NCBI RefSeq assembly: GCF_964355755.1
Contig: NC_092680.1
Span: forward strand, 10,850,001-10,914,000
Source of the DNA: Antedon mediterranea
Taxonomy: Eukaryota; Animalia; Echinodermata
DNA length: 64,000 bases
Direction of reading: 5' to 3'
Numbering within the stretch: position 1 is the stretch's first letter; the number at the start of each line of letters is the position of its first letter. The position numbers and the translations under genes were made by a program. The notes beneath the pieces were generated by a model. The model did not search any database, had not been told where the DNA came from, and worked only from the letters and a program-made list of their open reading frames with translations. Below, one piece after another: positions 25,791 to 38,583 of this stretch.

Positions 25791-27212
25791 TCAAATGAAA
25801 AGCTTAGCTTTTACAGAGTCACTTTGTTTATTCAGACTAGGTTTTAATTGTCTGATATACAACATTTCATAGATAAGACAGTCAAATTTGTTTTTGCATT
25901 TCCTAAGTATACTAAAACATGAATTAATTTTACTGGGATTAACAATCACGTTATGATCCTTCAAATGCTGTCCTATTAAGCATCTACTATGGTGAACAAT
26001 GCGTTGGTAGAGGTGTCGGCATGTATATCCAACATAACTTGCATCGCACAAGTCACATTTAAATTTATACACAACACATTGTTGACTTATAATAGTTGGT
26101 TTCTTTTCGACTTTCCTAATGTTATCTTTAACTTTTTTACTTATGAATACAGGGACAATGTTTTTGTTTATCTTGTGACTTAGTTGGCATAGTTGTCGCT
26201 TGACGGAGTTCGCAGATTTCTGGTCTTTGAATTGCAGGATGATTCGCACTGGTATTTCGGATAAATCTGTTTCATCTTCTGCAGTGTTGTTATTGCTCTC
26301 TGCTGGTTTAAAGTTCTGTATGGTTGTTGTTATTAGTTCATCTGGATATTTCAGACGCTTAAAAATCTTCCTTAGAATTTCACATTCATCATTAAAAAGC
26401 TGGTGGGTCGACGATAGTTTGTAAGCCCGATTTAACATAGTTATAATAAGTGACCTTTTATACTTGTTGTCAACGTGACTATTGTAGTGTAGCAATAAGC
26501 CTGTGTCTGTTGGCTTTCTGTAAACCCGTGTGTGCAATTTTCCCAAATCTTTGGTTATGAGCATTCCTAGGAAAGGGATTGAATTGTTCACGGCAGTTTC
26601 CATTGTGAACGCTATCGCAGGATGGGTTGTGTTGAGTAAAGCTAAAAATTCATTGGCTGCTTCTAGATTTGGCATGAATACTAGTGTGTCATCAACATAC
26701 CGTTTGTAGTATTTGGGCATGTGGTTGGTAGATTCAAGGCGTTCCTCGATGTGGCACATAAATACATTTGCAATAAGGGGCCCTAGAGGTGATCCCATTG
26801 CAACTCCATCAACCTGGTCATACAAGTTACCATTAAATTGGAATAGCTGATCTTTCGTTGCTATATTGAGGAGTACAATTAAATCGTCCTTATCTAAGTT
26901 TAGTCCATAATTATCATTGAGCCAGTTTTTAGTAAATGCTTTATCAGCAAAAATTTGAATTGTCTCGGTTAAAGGAACATTTGTGAATAAGGACGAGACA
27001 TCATATGATTCCAAAATATCACTAGCATTAATAACGGTGGAGCGTATATCAGCTGACAAGCTAAATACATCATCTATTGTATATGCGTTCTGGGATAGCG
27101 GTTTTAACTTCTCATCCAGCCACTGAGCTAATTTATAATTGTAAGTACCTGTTGCTGACAAGATTGGTCTCATAGATAACTTTTCTTTGTGTGTTTTAGG
27201 CAATCCATACAA
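25791..27212 (-). CDS. Penelope RT + GIY-YIG endonuclease, copy 2 (473 aa open, 5' truncated)
   Basis: Continuous RT-endonuclease frame. Preceded by a GGA>TGA stop at ~27228 relative to copy 1. Confidence 0.85.
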   Translation of the reverse strand: MYGLPKTHKEKLSMRPILSATGTYNYKLAQWLDEKLKPLSQNAYTIDDVFSLSADIRSTVINASDILESYDVSSLFTNVPLTETIQIFADKAFTKNWLNDNYGLNLDKDDLIVLLNIATKDQLFQFNGNLYDQVDGVAMGSPLGPLIANVFMCHIEERLESTNHMPKYYKRYVDDTLVFMPNLEAANEFLALLNTTHPAIAFTMETAVNNSIPFLGMLITKDLGKLHTRVYRKPTDTGLLLHYNSHVDNKYKRSLIITMLNRAYKLSSTHQLFNDECEILRKIFKRLKYPDELITTTIQNFKPAESNNNTAEDETDLSEIPVRIILQFKDQKSANSVKRQLCQLSHKINKNIVPVFISKKVKDNIRKVEKKPTIISQQCVVYKFKCDLCDASYVGYTCRHLYQRIVHHSRCLIGQHLKDHNVIVNPSKINSCFSILRKCKNKFDCLIYEMLYIRQLKPSLNKQSDSVKAKLFI

Positions 27213-30200
27213 ATGAGCTAACCTTGATCAGGTTTGACAAATTGATTTAGCAATTTCTTTTGGAAGAATTTTATGAACCGTTGAAATCATATCTTTCTCC
27301 TTTTTCAGGAGTGGATGGTAATGTGTCATTGGTCTTCCTCTTGTTCTTGGTTGTTCAGTAGAGATTGGTATAAATTTGGAAACATTGTTGACTGATGCTT
27401 CACATAATAAATGTTCATATTCACTTCTATCCATGACTGCTACTCCTGATCCTTTGTCTGGCTTTGTGATGATTATATCATCTCTCTTCTTTAATTGTTT
27501 AAAATAAATATTGTTTGTAAGGTTTGAGTGATTTCAATAGTGGGTTCGAACTTCTATGGATAATTTTTTTCTTTTTTTTTTTATTTGAAAATAAATATTG
27601 TTTTTGAAAGTGAAATATTGTTATAGTTGTAAATGTCAGGCCTAAACAAGTGGACCTTTTTTAAAATCAGAAACAAAGTTGCATAACATTATTTTTCATT
27701 GATTGATCATTCATTTCAAATAAATAGACTATTATCAGCTCTTCACTCATCTACTGGGTTGTGGCGTAACCGGTAATGCTCAGGTTTGAGTTCTCTCAGT
27801 AGTCGGTTCAAACATCTAGGAAAATGTTTTCTTTTTTTTTTTAATTGAAAATAAATTTTGTTTTTGATAGTCAGATATTTTTATGGTTGTAAATGTCATG
27901 CCTGACCAAGTCGACCTTTTTAAAAATCAGAAATAAAGTTGCACAGCATTATTTTTCATTGATTGATCATCCATTCATATAAAGAGACTATTATCAGCTC
28001 TTCAGTCATCTTCTGGTTTGTGGCGTAACGGGTAATGCTCAGGTTTGAGTGCTCTCAATAGTGGTTTCGAACCTCTAGGGATATTTTTTCTCTCTTTTTT
28101 TTATTGAAAATAAATATTTTTTTTTGAAAATGAGATATTTTGAGGGTTGTAAATGTCAGGCCTAAACAAGTGGACATTTTTTTTCAATCAGAAACAAAGT
28201 TGCATAGCATTATTTTTCATTGATTGATCATCCATTCATATAAATAGACTATTATCATCTCTTCAGTCATCTACTGGTTTGTGGCGTAACGGGTAATGCT
28301 CAGGTTTGAGTGCTCTCAATAGTGGTTTCGAACCTCTAGGAATATCTTTTCTCTTTTTTTTTTAATTAAAAATAAATATTGTTTTTGAAAGTGAAATATT
28401 GTTATAGTTGTAAATGTCAGGCCTAAACAAGTAGACCTTTTTTTAAAATCAGAAACAAAGTTGCATAGCATTATTTTTCATTGATTGATCATCCATTCAT
28501 ATAAATAGACTATTATCATCTCTTCAGTCATCTACTGGTTTGTGGCGTAACGGGTAATGCTCAGGTTTGAGTGCTCTGAGTAGTGGGTTCTAACCTCTAG
28601 GGATATTTCTTTTTCCTTTTTTTTTTAATTGAAAACAAATATTTTTTTTGAAAATGAGATATTTAACCTTTTTTAAAATCAGAAACAAAGTTGCATGGCA
28701 TTATTTTTCATTGATTGATCATTAATTTCGTATTATCAGCTCTTCAGTAATCTACTGGTTTGTGGCGTAACTGGTAATACCCAGGTTCGAGTGCTCTCAG
28801 TAGCGGGTTCCAACCTCTAGGGATATTGCTTTTTTTTTCTTATTGAAAATAAATATTTTTTTTGAAAATGAGATATTTTGAGGGTTGTAAATGTCAGGCT
28901 TAAACAAACGGATCTTTTTTTCAATCAGAAACAAAGTTGCATGGCATTATTTTTCATTGATTGATCATTCATTTCATATAAATAGACTATTATCAGCTCT
29001 TCAGTCATCTACTGGTTTGTGGCGTAACGGGTAATGCTCAGGTTTGAGTGCTCTGAGTAGTGGGTCGAACCTCTAGGGATATTTTTTTTCTTCTTTTTTT
29101 TATTGAAAATAAATATTGTTTTTGATAGTGAGATATTTTTATGGTTGTAAATGTCATGTCTAACCAAGTCGACCTTTTTAAAAATCAGAAATGAAGTTGC
29201 ATAGCATTATTTTTCATTGATTGATCATACATTCATATAAATAGACTATTATCAGCTCTTCAGTCATCTACTGGTTTGTGGCGTAACGGGTAATGCTCAG
29301 GTTTGAGTGCTCGCAGTAGTGGGTTCGAACCTCTACAGGATTTTTTTATATTTTTTTTTATTGAAAATAAATATTGTTTTTGAAAGTGAGATATTTTATG
29401 GTTGTAAATGTCAGGCCTAACTAAGTGAACCTTTTTTAAAATCAGAAACAAAGTTGCATAACATCATTTTACATTGATTGATCATTCATTTCATATAAAT
29501 AGACTATTATGATCTCTTCAGGCATCTACTGGTTTGTGGCGTAACCGGTAATGCTCAGGTTTGAGTTCTCTCAGTAGTGGGTTTGAACCTCTTGGGATAG
29601 TTTTTTTTTCTTTCTTTTTTTTTATTGAAAATAAATGTTGTTTTTGAAAGTGAGATATTTTGAGTGTTGTAAATGCTAGGCCTAAAGAAAAGGACCCTTT
29701 TTAAAATCAGAAACAAAGTTGCATAACATCATTTTACATTGATTAATTATTTATTTCATATAAATAGAGTATTATTAGCTCTTTAGTCATCTACTGGTTT
29801 GTGGCGTAGCGGGTAATACTCAAGTTTGAGTGCTCGCAGTAGTGGGTTCGCACCTCTAAGGATATTTTTATTTATTTTTTTTTTAAATTGAAAATAAATA
29901 TTGTTTTTGAAAGTGAGATATTTTGAGGGTTGTAAATGTCAGGCCTAAAGAAGTGGACCTTTTTTAAAATCAGAAACAAAGTTGCATGGCAATATTTTTC
30001 ATTGATTGATCATTAATTTCATATTATCAGCTCTTCGGTAATCTACTGGTTTGTGGTGTAACGGGTAATACCCAGGTTCGAGTGCTCTCAGTAGCGGGTT
30101 CCAACCTCTAGGGATATTGCTTTTTTTTTCTTATTTAAAATAAATATTTTTTTTGAAAATTAGATATTTTGAGGGTTGTACATGTCAGGCCTAAACAAAC

Positions 30201-31186
30201 GGATCTTTTTTTCAATCAGAAACAAAGTTGCATGGCATTATTTTTCATTGATTGATCATTCATTTCATATAAATAGACTATTATCAGCCATTCAGTCATC
30301 TACTGGTTTGTAGCGTAACGGGTAATACTCAGGTCTGAGTGCTCTCAGTAGTGGGGTCTAACCTCTAGGGATATTTCTTTTTTCTTTTTTTTTTAAATGA
30401 AAATAAATATTGTTTTTGATAGTGAGATATTTTTATGGTTGTAAATGTCATGCCTAATCAAGTCGACCTTTTTAAAAATCAGAAATAAAGTTGCATAGCA
30501 TTATTTTTCATTGATTGATCATCCATTCATATAAATAGACTATTATCAGCTCTTCAGTCATCTACTGGTTTGTGGCGTAACGGGTAATGCTCAGGTTTGA
30601 GTGCTCTGAGTAGTGGGTCGAACCTCTAGGGATATTTTTTTTCTTTTTTTTTTATTGAAAATAAATATTGTTTTTGATAGTGATATATATTTATGGTTGT
30701 AAATGTCATGCCTAACCAAGTCGACCTTTTTAAAAATCAGAAATGAAGTTGCATAGCATTATTTTTCATTGATTGATCATCCATTCATATAAATAGACTA
30801 TTATCAGCTCTTCAGTCATCTACTGGTTTGTGGCGTAACGGGTAATGCTCAGGTTTGAGTGCTCGCAGTAGTGGGTTCGAACCTCTTCGGATAGTTTTTT
30901 TTTTTTTTTTTTTTATTGAAAATAAATATTGTTTTTGAAAGTGAGATATTTTGAGTGTTGTAAATGCTAGGCCTAAAGAAAAGGACCTTTTTTAAAATCA
31001 GAAACAAAGTTGCATAACATCATTTTACATTGATTAATTATTCATTTCATATAAATAGAGTATTATTAGCTCTTCAGTCATCTACTGGTTTGTGGCGTAG
31101 CGGGTAGTGCTCAAGTTTGAGTGCTCGCAGTAGTGGGTTCGCACCTCTAAGGGTATTTTTATTTATTTTTTTTTTAAATTGAAAAT

Positions 31187-33227
31187 GTTTTCTTATTTAT
31201 TTATTTATTTATTCGGTATATAAAAATATATTACAAAACGACAGTCAAGGACTGAAATGAAATGTATTACAAATGACTAAAAATTAGTTAAAATTGCTAT
31301 AAAAATAGAAACATCTTAATAAAATTAGATATCGTACCATACAATTAAAAACATACATGAATAAAAAACCTTAAAACATTCACTTATTACATATCCAAAA
31401 AAGAGCTAGTGGTGCCTATTAATTATATCCACCATGGTGGGAACTGGAGACGACCTAAGTCTGCTGGTTTTACAATGAGGTACTTCTAGAAAGCGGTTGA
31501 CTCTGAGAGACCAAGCTGGCTTATGAAGAGGGGGAAGTATTTCTCTAAACAGCTCGGATTTTAATAAGCCTTCCCCGAAAGACAACACAAGTTTGTTTCT
31601 TCTCTCTACAAGAGTAGGTAAACCAGTTACAGACAATGCATGATCATAGCACAAATAGTTGTTACCTAGCATGATACGCAATGCTCTCTTTTGTACCTTT
31701 TCAATAGACTTGGACATGTCCTTAGTGATAGCGCCATGCCAAACAGGGGCAGCATATTCTAAAATAGGTCTTATATACGCCATATAAACAGTCAACAGAT
31801 CATTAATTAAGATTCCTGCTTTCTTCAAAATGCACAAGGAAAATAAACGTCTAGAAGCTCTAGACACAATATTATTAGTGTTAAGTTCCCATTTCAGGTC
31901 ATTTTGAATGATTACACCAAGAAGCGTCATGTGATCAACTACTTGTAAAATGGAACCACTCAGACTAAAAGAAGGCGATATAATATCATCCGACTTGTCC
32001 TTAAGAAAATTGACAACCAAGATATGGCATTTGGAGGGTTTGGGTATCATATTATTGGATGAACACCAAACACTCAGATCATCTAACAGGGATTGCATGG
32101 AAGGCAAATCACCTTTGCGAACGACCTCCCCAAGGGTGAGGTCATCCACATATTTCCATCGTCTGCAGCAATCAACACAAGCATCGTTAATAAGTACTAG
32201 GAAAAGTACAGGGCCAAGCAATGTCCCCTGTGGGACACCACAAGTCAGTGACTTTGAAGATGACAAAATCCCAGCAAACTTGGTGTTGAGAGAACGGGAA
32301 GTGCGAAAGCTGCAGACGATGGGAATTATGGACGACCTCACACCCAGTTCAATCAACTTTATAATAATAACATTATGATCAACACGATCAAAAGCTTTAG
32401 TAAAGTCAGTGGCACATAGGTTAACATAACATTTACCCTTCTCAACATCTTTGAGTGTAGAGTCAATAAGACTAACAAGATAGTGAGTTGAGGAAGCCTT
32501 TTTCCTACTACCAAATTGACGAGAATCTAATTTACCCTTAATATCTTCAAGAATCCACTTAACAATAAAAGATTCAAATACCCTGGCAAGAACATAGGTA
32601 AGGGAAATAGGTCTAAGGTCAGAGACAGAACTAGCATTCACTGTTTTAGGAATGGGAACTGCAGTAGCCCTTTTCCAAAGGTCGGGGAAAACACCATCCT
32701 TCAATGCATGATTGAAGATATCCGCAACAGGTTCAGCAAGTTCAGGAGCAAAATCTCTATATAGTTTAATAGGAGGTTCATCTGGATGGCCAGCTTTGTT
32801 AGGCTTAAGATTACAAAGGGCTTTTAGGACCTGACCAGCATATATTAAAGGTGGTGGCCCAGGGGCTGGGAGATAAGCAGGCAAATCGTTTAAATTAAGA
32901 GGAGGGATGGCATTACAAACACTAGAGAAATGGGCATTAATCTCAGAGGCAGTTTCAACTTTGGACAGCCCAGGCAAGGTGAAATTAGTATTTTTAGTCT
33001 TAAGATTACATAGTTGTTTAATACCTTTATGCCACATGGCAGGGTTGTTACGTTTAAGACTTAATAAGGAATTACAATAATATTTGTTTTTAGCCTTTCT
33101 AATACAAACTTGGACTAAGTTGCGAATTGAACGCCACTCATCCGTTCTACCAAACCTACGAAACAAATTTTGTCTAGAGTCAATTAATCTTCGAATCTTG
33201 TCGGACATCCAGGGCTTGTCAGCAGGA
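31187..33227 (-). mobile_element. 5'-truncated CR1/L2-group LINE with a (TAAA)n tail
   Basis: 600-aa RT frame, short 3' UTR, (TTTA)n at 31193-31213. Satellite resumes on both sides. Confidence 0.93.
31406..33208 (-). CDS. LINE ORF2 reverse transcriptase (endonuclease domain lost by truncation)
   Basis: RPISLT, QFG, DFTKAFD, GVPQGTLLGP, KYVDD, IRPILEYAAPVW. Confidence 0.9.
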   Translation of the reverse strand: MSDKIRRLIDSRQNLFRRFGRTDEWRSIRNLVQVCIRKAKNKYYCNSLLSLKRNNPAMWHKGIKQLCNLKTKNTNFTLPGLSKVETASEINAHFSSVCNAIPPLNLNDLPAYLPAPGPPPLIYAGQVLKALCNLKPNKAGHPDEPPIKLYRDFAPELAEPVADIFNHALKDGVFPDLWKRATAVPIPKTVNASSVSDLRPISLTYVLARVFESFIVKWILEDIKGKLDSRQFGSRKKASSTHYLVSLIDSTLKDVEKGKCYVNLCATDFTKAFDRVDHNVIIIKLIELGVRSSIIPIVCSFRTSRSLNTKFAGILSSSKSLTCGVPQGTLLGPVLFLVLINDACVDCCRRWKYVDDLTLGEVVRKGDLPSMQSLLDDLSVWCSSNNMIPKPSKCHILVVNFLKDKSDDIISPSFSLSGSILQVVDHMTLLGVIIQNDLKWELNTNNIVSRASRRLFSLCILKKAGILINDLLTVYMAYIRPILEYAAPVWHGAITKDMSKSIEKVQKRALRIMLGNNYLCYDHALSVTGLPTLVERRNKLVLSFGEGLLKSELFREILPPLHKPAWSLRVNRFLEVPHCKTSRLRSSPVPTMVDIINRHH

Positions 33228-34831
33228 TTGAAAGTGAGATATTTTGAGGGTTGTAAATGTCAGGCCTAAAGAAGTGGACCTTTTTTAAAATCAGAAACAA
33301 AGTTGCATGGCAATATTTTTCATTGATTGATCATTAATTTCATATTATCAGCTCTTCAGTCATCTACTGGTTTGTGGCGTAACGGGTAATACCTAGGTTC
33401 GAGTGCTCTCAGTAGCGGGTTCCAACCTCTAGGGATATTGCTTTTTTTTTCTTATTGAAAATAAATTTTTTTTTTGAAAATTAGATATTTTGAGGGTTGT
33501 ACATGTCAGGCCTAAACAAACGGATCTTTTTTTCAATCAGAAACAAAGTTGCATGGCATTATTTTTCATTGATTGATCATTCATTTCATATAAATAGACT
33601 ATTATCAGCCATTCAGTCATCTACTGGTTTGTAGCGTAACGGGTAATACTCAGGTCTGAGTGCTCTCAGTAGTGGGGTCTAACCTCTAGGGATATTTCTT
33701 TTTTCTTTTTTTTTTATTGAAAATAAATATTGTTTTTGATAGTGAGATATTTTTATGGTTGTAAATGTCATGCCTAATCAAGTCGACCTTTTTAAAAATA
33801 AGAAATAAAGTTGCATAGCATTAATTTTCATTGATTGATCATCCATTCATATAAATAGACTATTATCAGCTCTTCAGTCATCTACTGGTTTGTGGCGTAA
33901 CGGGTAATGCTCAGGTTTGAGTGCTCTGAGAAGTGGGTGGAACCTCTAGGAATATTTTTTTCTTTTTTTTTTAAATTGAAAATAAATATGGTTTTTGAAA
34001 GTGAGATATTTTGAGGGTTTTAAATGTCAGGCCTAAACAAGTGGACATTTTTTTCAATCAGAAACAAAGTTGCATGGCATTATTTTTCATTGATTGATCA
34101 TTCATTTCATATAAATAGACTATTATCAGCTCTTCGGTCATCTACTGGTTTGTGGCGTAACGGGTAATGCTCAGGTTTGAGTGCTCTCAATAGTGGTTTC
34201 GAACCTCTAGGGATATTTTTTCTCTTTTTTTTTTAATTGAAAATAAATATTTTTTTTGAAAATGAGATATTTTGAAGGTTGTAAATGTCAGGCCTAAACA
34301 AATGGACATTTTTTTCAATCAGAAACAAAGTTGCATGGCATTATTTTTCATTGATTGATCATTCATTTCATATAAATACACTATTATCAGCTATTCAGTC
34401 ATCTACTGGTTTGTGGCGTAACGGGTAATGCTCAGGTTTGAGTGCTCTGAGTAGTGGGTCGAACCTCTAGGGGAATTTTTTTTCTTTTTTTTTTAAATTG
34501 AAATAAATATTGTTTTTGAAAGTGAGATATTTTGAGGGTTGCAACTGTCAAGCCTAAACAAGTGAACCTTTTTTAAAATCAGAAACAAAGTTGCATGGCA
34601 TTATTTTTCATTGATTGATCATCCATTCATATAAATAAACTATTATCAGCTCTTCACTCATCTACTGGGTTGTGGCGTAACCGGTAATGCTCAGGTTTGA
34701 GTTCTCTCAGTAGTGGGTTCGAATCTCTAGGAATATTTTTTCTTTTTTTTTTAATTGAAAATAAATATTGTTTTTGATAGTGAGATATTTTTATGGTTGT
34801 AAATGTCATGCCTAACCAAGTCGACCTTTTT

Positions 34832-35770
34832 AACAAGCACGAATGTGCAATACTCGGGGTACAGCGAAAGAAGCTGTATACAGACGTATACAGTTAGAAA
34901 GTTAAAGAAAAATAGGTTTCGCCAGGGCTCGAACCGGGACCTTCTGCGTGTTAAGCAGACTTGACAACCACTACACTACGAAACCTCTTACATTGAAATT
35001 GTGGGTTACAGAAAGTTTTTTAATCCATTTAAATTACAAATAAATGGTTATAAGCACAAAGCAAAATAAACATGTGTAAAAGTGATAATTACCGATTACA
35101 CAAAATAAGTATTTAAAAAAAAAATAATAAGATATACTGTGTATAATTATCATATTGCGTATACAGTACTTTTCACCATAAAGTTTAAAAAAAAAAAGGT
35201 TTAGGCCGGGCTCGAACCAGGTACCTTCTGCGTATTGAGCAAACGTGATAACCACTACGCCAAGAAGCCGCATATAACCATATAACTACATAACGCTGTG
35301 GTGTGTGTCACACATTGTGGATTCTTAATTAAACAAATTAATTAACAAAAAATAATAAAAATAAAATATACTCTGTATAATTATCATATTGCGTATACAG
35401 TACTTTTCACCATAAAGTTAAAAAAAAAAGGTTTCGACCGGGCTCGAAGCAGGTACCTTCTGCGTGTTAAACAAACGTGATAAGCACTACGCCAAGAATC
35501 CGCATATAACCATATAACTACATAACGCTGTGGTGTGTGTCACACATTGTGGCTTCTTAATTAAACAAATTAATTAACAAAAAATTAAAAATCCGGCTCT
35601 ATAGCTTTGAGGACATGTCCCTGTAGTATGTTCATGCCAAATCCCAGCTCAATACTATAACGAATAAGGGAGGAGTAGTACTTTAAAAATCGCACTTTTT
35701 ACTCAATAGTGTCCAGATGGAGGAAGAGAAGGAGAAAATGAGTAAGTACTAGACTCGGGTACCCCGAGTA
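34832..35770 (-). mobile_element. Helentron/DINE-1-like family A, copy 2 (three tRNA-Val-like units)
   Basis: Same ends as 1381-2088. tRNA-like units at 34914-34985, 35197-35269 and 35429-35501. Inserted at the satellite's TTTTT/AAAA junction without a TSD. Confidence 0.85.
34914..34985 (-). tRNA. tRNA-Val(AAC)-like sequence
   Basis: Perfect 7-bp acceptor stem GGTTTCG/CGAAACC and perfect anticodon arm. One mismatch each in the D and T stems. Confidence 0.7.
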
Positions 35771-37290
35771 AAAATCAGAAATGAAGTTGCATAGCATTAT
35801 TTTTCATTGATTGATCATCCATTCATATAAATAGACTATTATCAGCTCTTCACTCATCTATTGGGTTGTGGCGTAACCGGTACTGCTCAGGTTTGAGTTC
35901 TCTCAGTAGTGGGTTCGAATCTCTAGGAATATTTATTCTTTTTTTTTTAATTGAAAATAAATATTTTTTTTGAAAGTGAGATATTTTGAGGATTGCAACT
36001 GTCAAGCCTAAACAAGTTAACCTTTTTTAAAGTCAGAAACAAAGTTGCATGGCATTATTTTTCATTGATTGATCATCTATTTAATATAAATAGACTATTA
36101 TCAGCTCTTCAGACATCTACTGGTTTGCGGCGTAACGGGTAATCCTCAGGTTTGAGTGATTTCAATAGTGGGTTCGAACTTCTAGGGATATTTTTTTTCT
36201 TTTTTTTTTATTCGAAAATAAATATTGTTTTTGAAAGTGAAATATTGTTATAGTTCTAAATGTCAGGCCTGAAAAGTGGACCTTTTTTAAAATCAGAAAC
36301 AAAGTTGCATAACATTATTTGTCATTGATTGATCATTCATTTCATATAAATAGACTATTATCAGCCCTTCACTCATCTACTGGGTTGTGGCGTAACCGGT
36401 AGTTACCTCTAGGGATATTTTTATTTATTTTCTTTTTAAATTGAAAATAAATATTGTTTTTGAAAGTGAGATATTTTGAGGGTTGTAAATGTCAGGCCTA
36501 AACAAGTGGAAAGTTGCATGGCATTATTTTTTTTGATTGATCATTAATTTCATTTAAATAGACTATTATCAGCTCCTCAGTCATCTACTGGTTTGTGGCG
36601 TAACGGGTAATACTCAGGTCTGAGTGCTCTCAGTAGTGGGTTCTAACCTCTAGGGATATTTCTTTTTTCTTTTTTTTTTAATTGAAAATAAATATTTTTT
36701 TTGAAAATGAGATATTTAACCTTTTCTAAAATCAGAAACAAAGTTGCATGGCATTATTTTTCATTGATTGATCATTAATTTCATATTATCAGCTCTTCAG
36801 TAATCTACTGGTTTGTGGCGTAACGGGTAATACCCAGGTTCGAGTGCTCTCAGTAGCGGGTTCCAACCTCTACGGATATTGCTTTTTTTTTTCTTATTGA
36901 ATAGGTTCGAACCTATACGCGTATTTTTTTTCTTTTTTTTTTAATTGAAAATAAATATTGTTTTTGAAAGTGAGATATTTTTATGGTTGTAAATGTCATG
37001 CCTAACCAAGTGGACCGTTTTTACTCGGGGTACCCGAGTCTAGTACTTACTCATTTTCTCCTTCTCTTCCTCCATCTGGACACTATTGAGTAAAAAGTGC
37101 GATTTTTAAAGTACTACTCCTCCCTTATTCGTTATAGTATTGAGCTGGGATTTGGCATGAACATACTACAGGGACATGTCCTCAAAGCTATAGAGCCGGA
37201 TTTTTAATTTTTTGTTAATTAATTTGTTTAATTAAGAAGCCACAATGTGTGACACGTACCACAGCGTTATGTAGTTATATGGTTATATGC

Positions 37291-37362
37291 GGATTCTTGG
37301 CGTAGTGGTTATCACGTTTGCTTAACACGCAGAAGGTACCTGGTTCGAGCCCGGACGAAACT
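37291..37362 (+). tRNA. tRNA-Val(AAC)-like pseudogene
   Basis: A and B boxes and an AAC anticodon loop, followed by a long T run. Acceptor stem is poor. Confidence 0.6.
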
Positions 37363-37575
37363 TTTTTTTTTTTTATTTATGGTGAAAAGTACTGTATAGG
37401 CAATATGATAATTATACAGAGTATATCTTATTTTTATTATTTTTTAAAATACTTATTTTGTGTAATCGGTAATTATCACTTTTACACATGTTTATTTTGC
37501 TTTGTGCTTATTACCATTTATTTGTAATTTAAATGGATTAAAAAACTTTCTGTAACCCAAATTTTTAATGTAAGA

Positions 37576-37647
37576 GGTTTCGTAGTGTAGTGGTTGTCAA
37601 GTCTGCTTAACACGCAGAAGGTCCCGGTTCGAGCCCTGGCGAAACCT
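37576..37647 (+). tRNA. tRNA-Val(AAC)-like sequence
   Basis: GGTTTCGTAGTGTAGTGGTTGTCAAGTCTGCTTAACACGCAGAAGGTCCCGGTTCGAGCCCTGGCGAAACCT, then TTTT. Confidence 0.7.
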
Positions 37648-38583
37648 ATTTTCTTTACTTTCTAACTGTATACGTCTGTATACAGCTTCTTTCGCTGTAC
37701 CCCGAGTATTGCACATTCGTGCTTGTTAAAATCAGAAACAAAGTTGCATAACATCATTTTACATTGATTGATCATTCATTTCATATAAATAGACTATTAT
37801 GATCTCTTCAGGCATCTACTGGTTTGTGGCGTAACGGGTAATGCTCAGGTTTGAGTACTCTGAGTAGTGGGTCGAACCTCTAGGGATATTTTTTTTCTTT
37901 TTTTTTTTTAATTGAAAATAAATATTTTTTTTAAAAGAGATATTTTGATGGTTGTAAATGTCAGGCCTAAAGAAGTGGACCTTTTTTAAAATCAGAAACA
38001 AAGTTGCATAAAAAAAAAAAGTTGCATAACATTATTTTTCATTGATTGATCATTCATTTCATATAAATAGACTATTATCAGCTCTTCGGTCATCTACTGG
38101 TTTGTGGCGTAACGGGTAATGCTCAGGTTTGAGTGCTCTCAGCAGTGGGTTCGAACCTATACGCGTATTTTTTTTATTTTTTTTTTAATTGAAAATAAAT
38201 ATTGTTTTTGAAAGTGAGATATTTTTATGGTTGTAAATGTCATGCCTAACTAAGTGGACCGTTTTTAAAATCAGAAACAAAGTTGCATAACATCATTTTA
38301 CATTGATTGATCATTCATTTCATATAAATAGACTATTATGATCTCTTCAGTCATCTACTGGTTTGTGGCGTAGCGGGTAATGCTCAGGTTTGAGTGCTCT
38401 CAATCGTGGTTTCGAACCTCTAGGGATATTTTTTCTCTTTTTTTTTTAATTGAAAATGACTGTATTATGTCGAGCAACTGATAACAACGCATTTCAGATC
38501 GCTCACAAAAACTCTAAATTGCTCCATAATTATACACTATACGGTATAATCAATCAAACACCAATACTTCTGAAGGCTTTTAA

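Larger units (their letters stand above)
23079..27497 (-). mobile_element. Penelope-like retroelement (probably Poseidon type), partial tandem: near-full copy 23079-25640 plus 5'-truncated upstream copy 25636-27497
   Basis: RT motifs (YGLPKTHK, YDVSSLFT, GVAMGS, RYVDD) plus GIY-YIG endonuclease (VVYKFKC..C...YVG). Duplicated 3' end. Candidate TSD AAAATAAATATT at 23067 and 27501. Confidence 0.95.
37022..37727 (+). mobile_element. Helentron/DINE-1-like family A, copy 3 (opposite orientation)
   Basis: Reverse complement of copy 1. Starts (T)n-ACTCGGGGTACCCGAGT and ends GTACCCCGAGT-ATT-GCACATTCGTGC-TTGTT. Confidence 0.85.
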
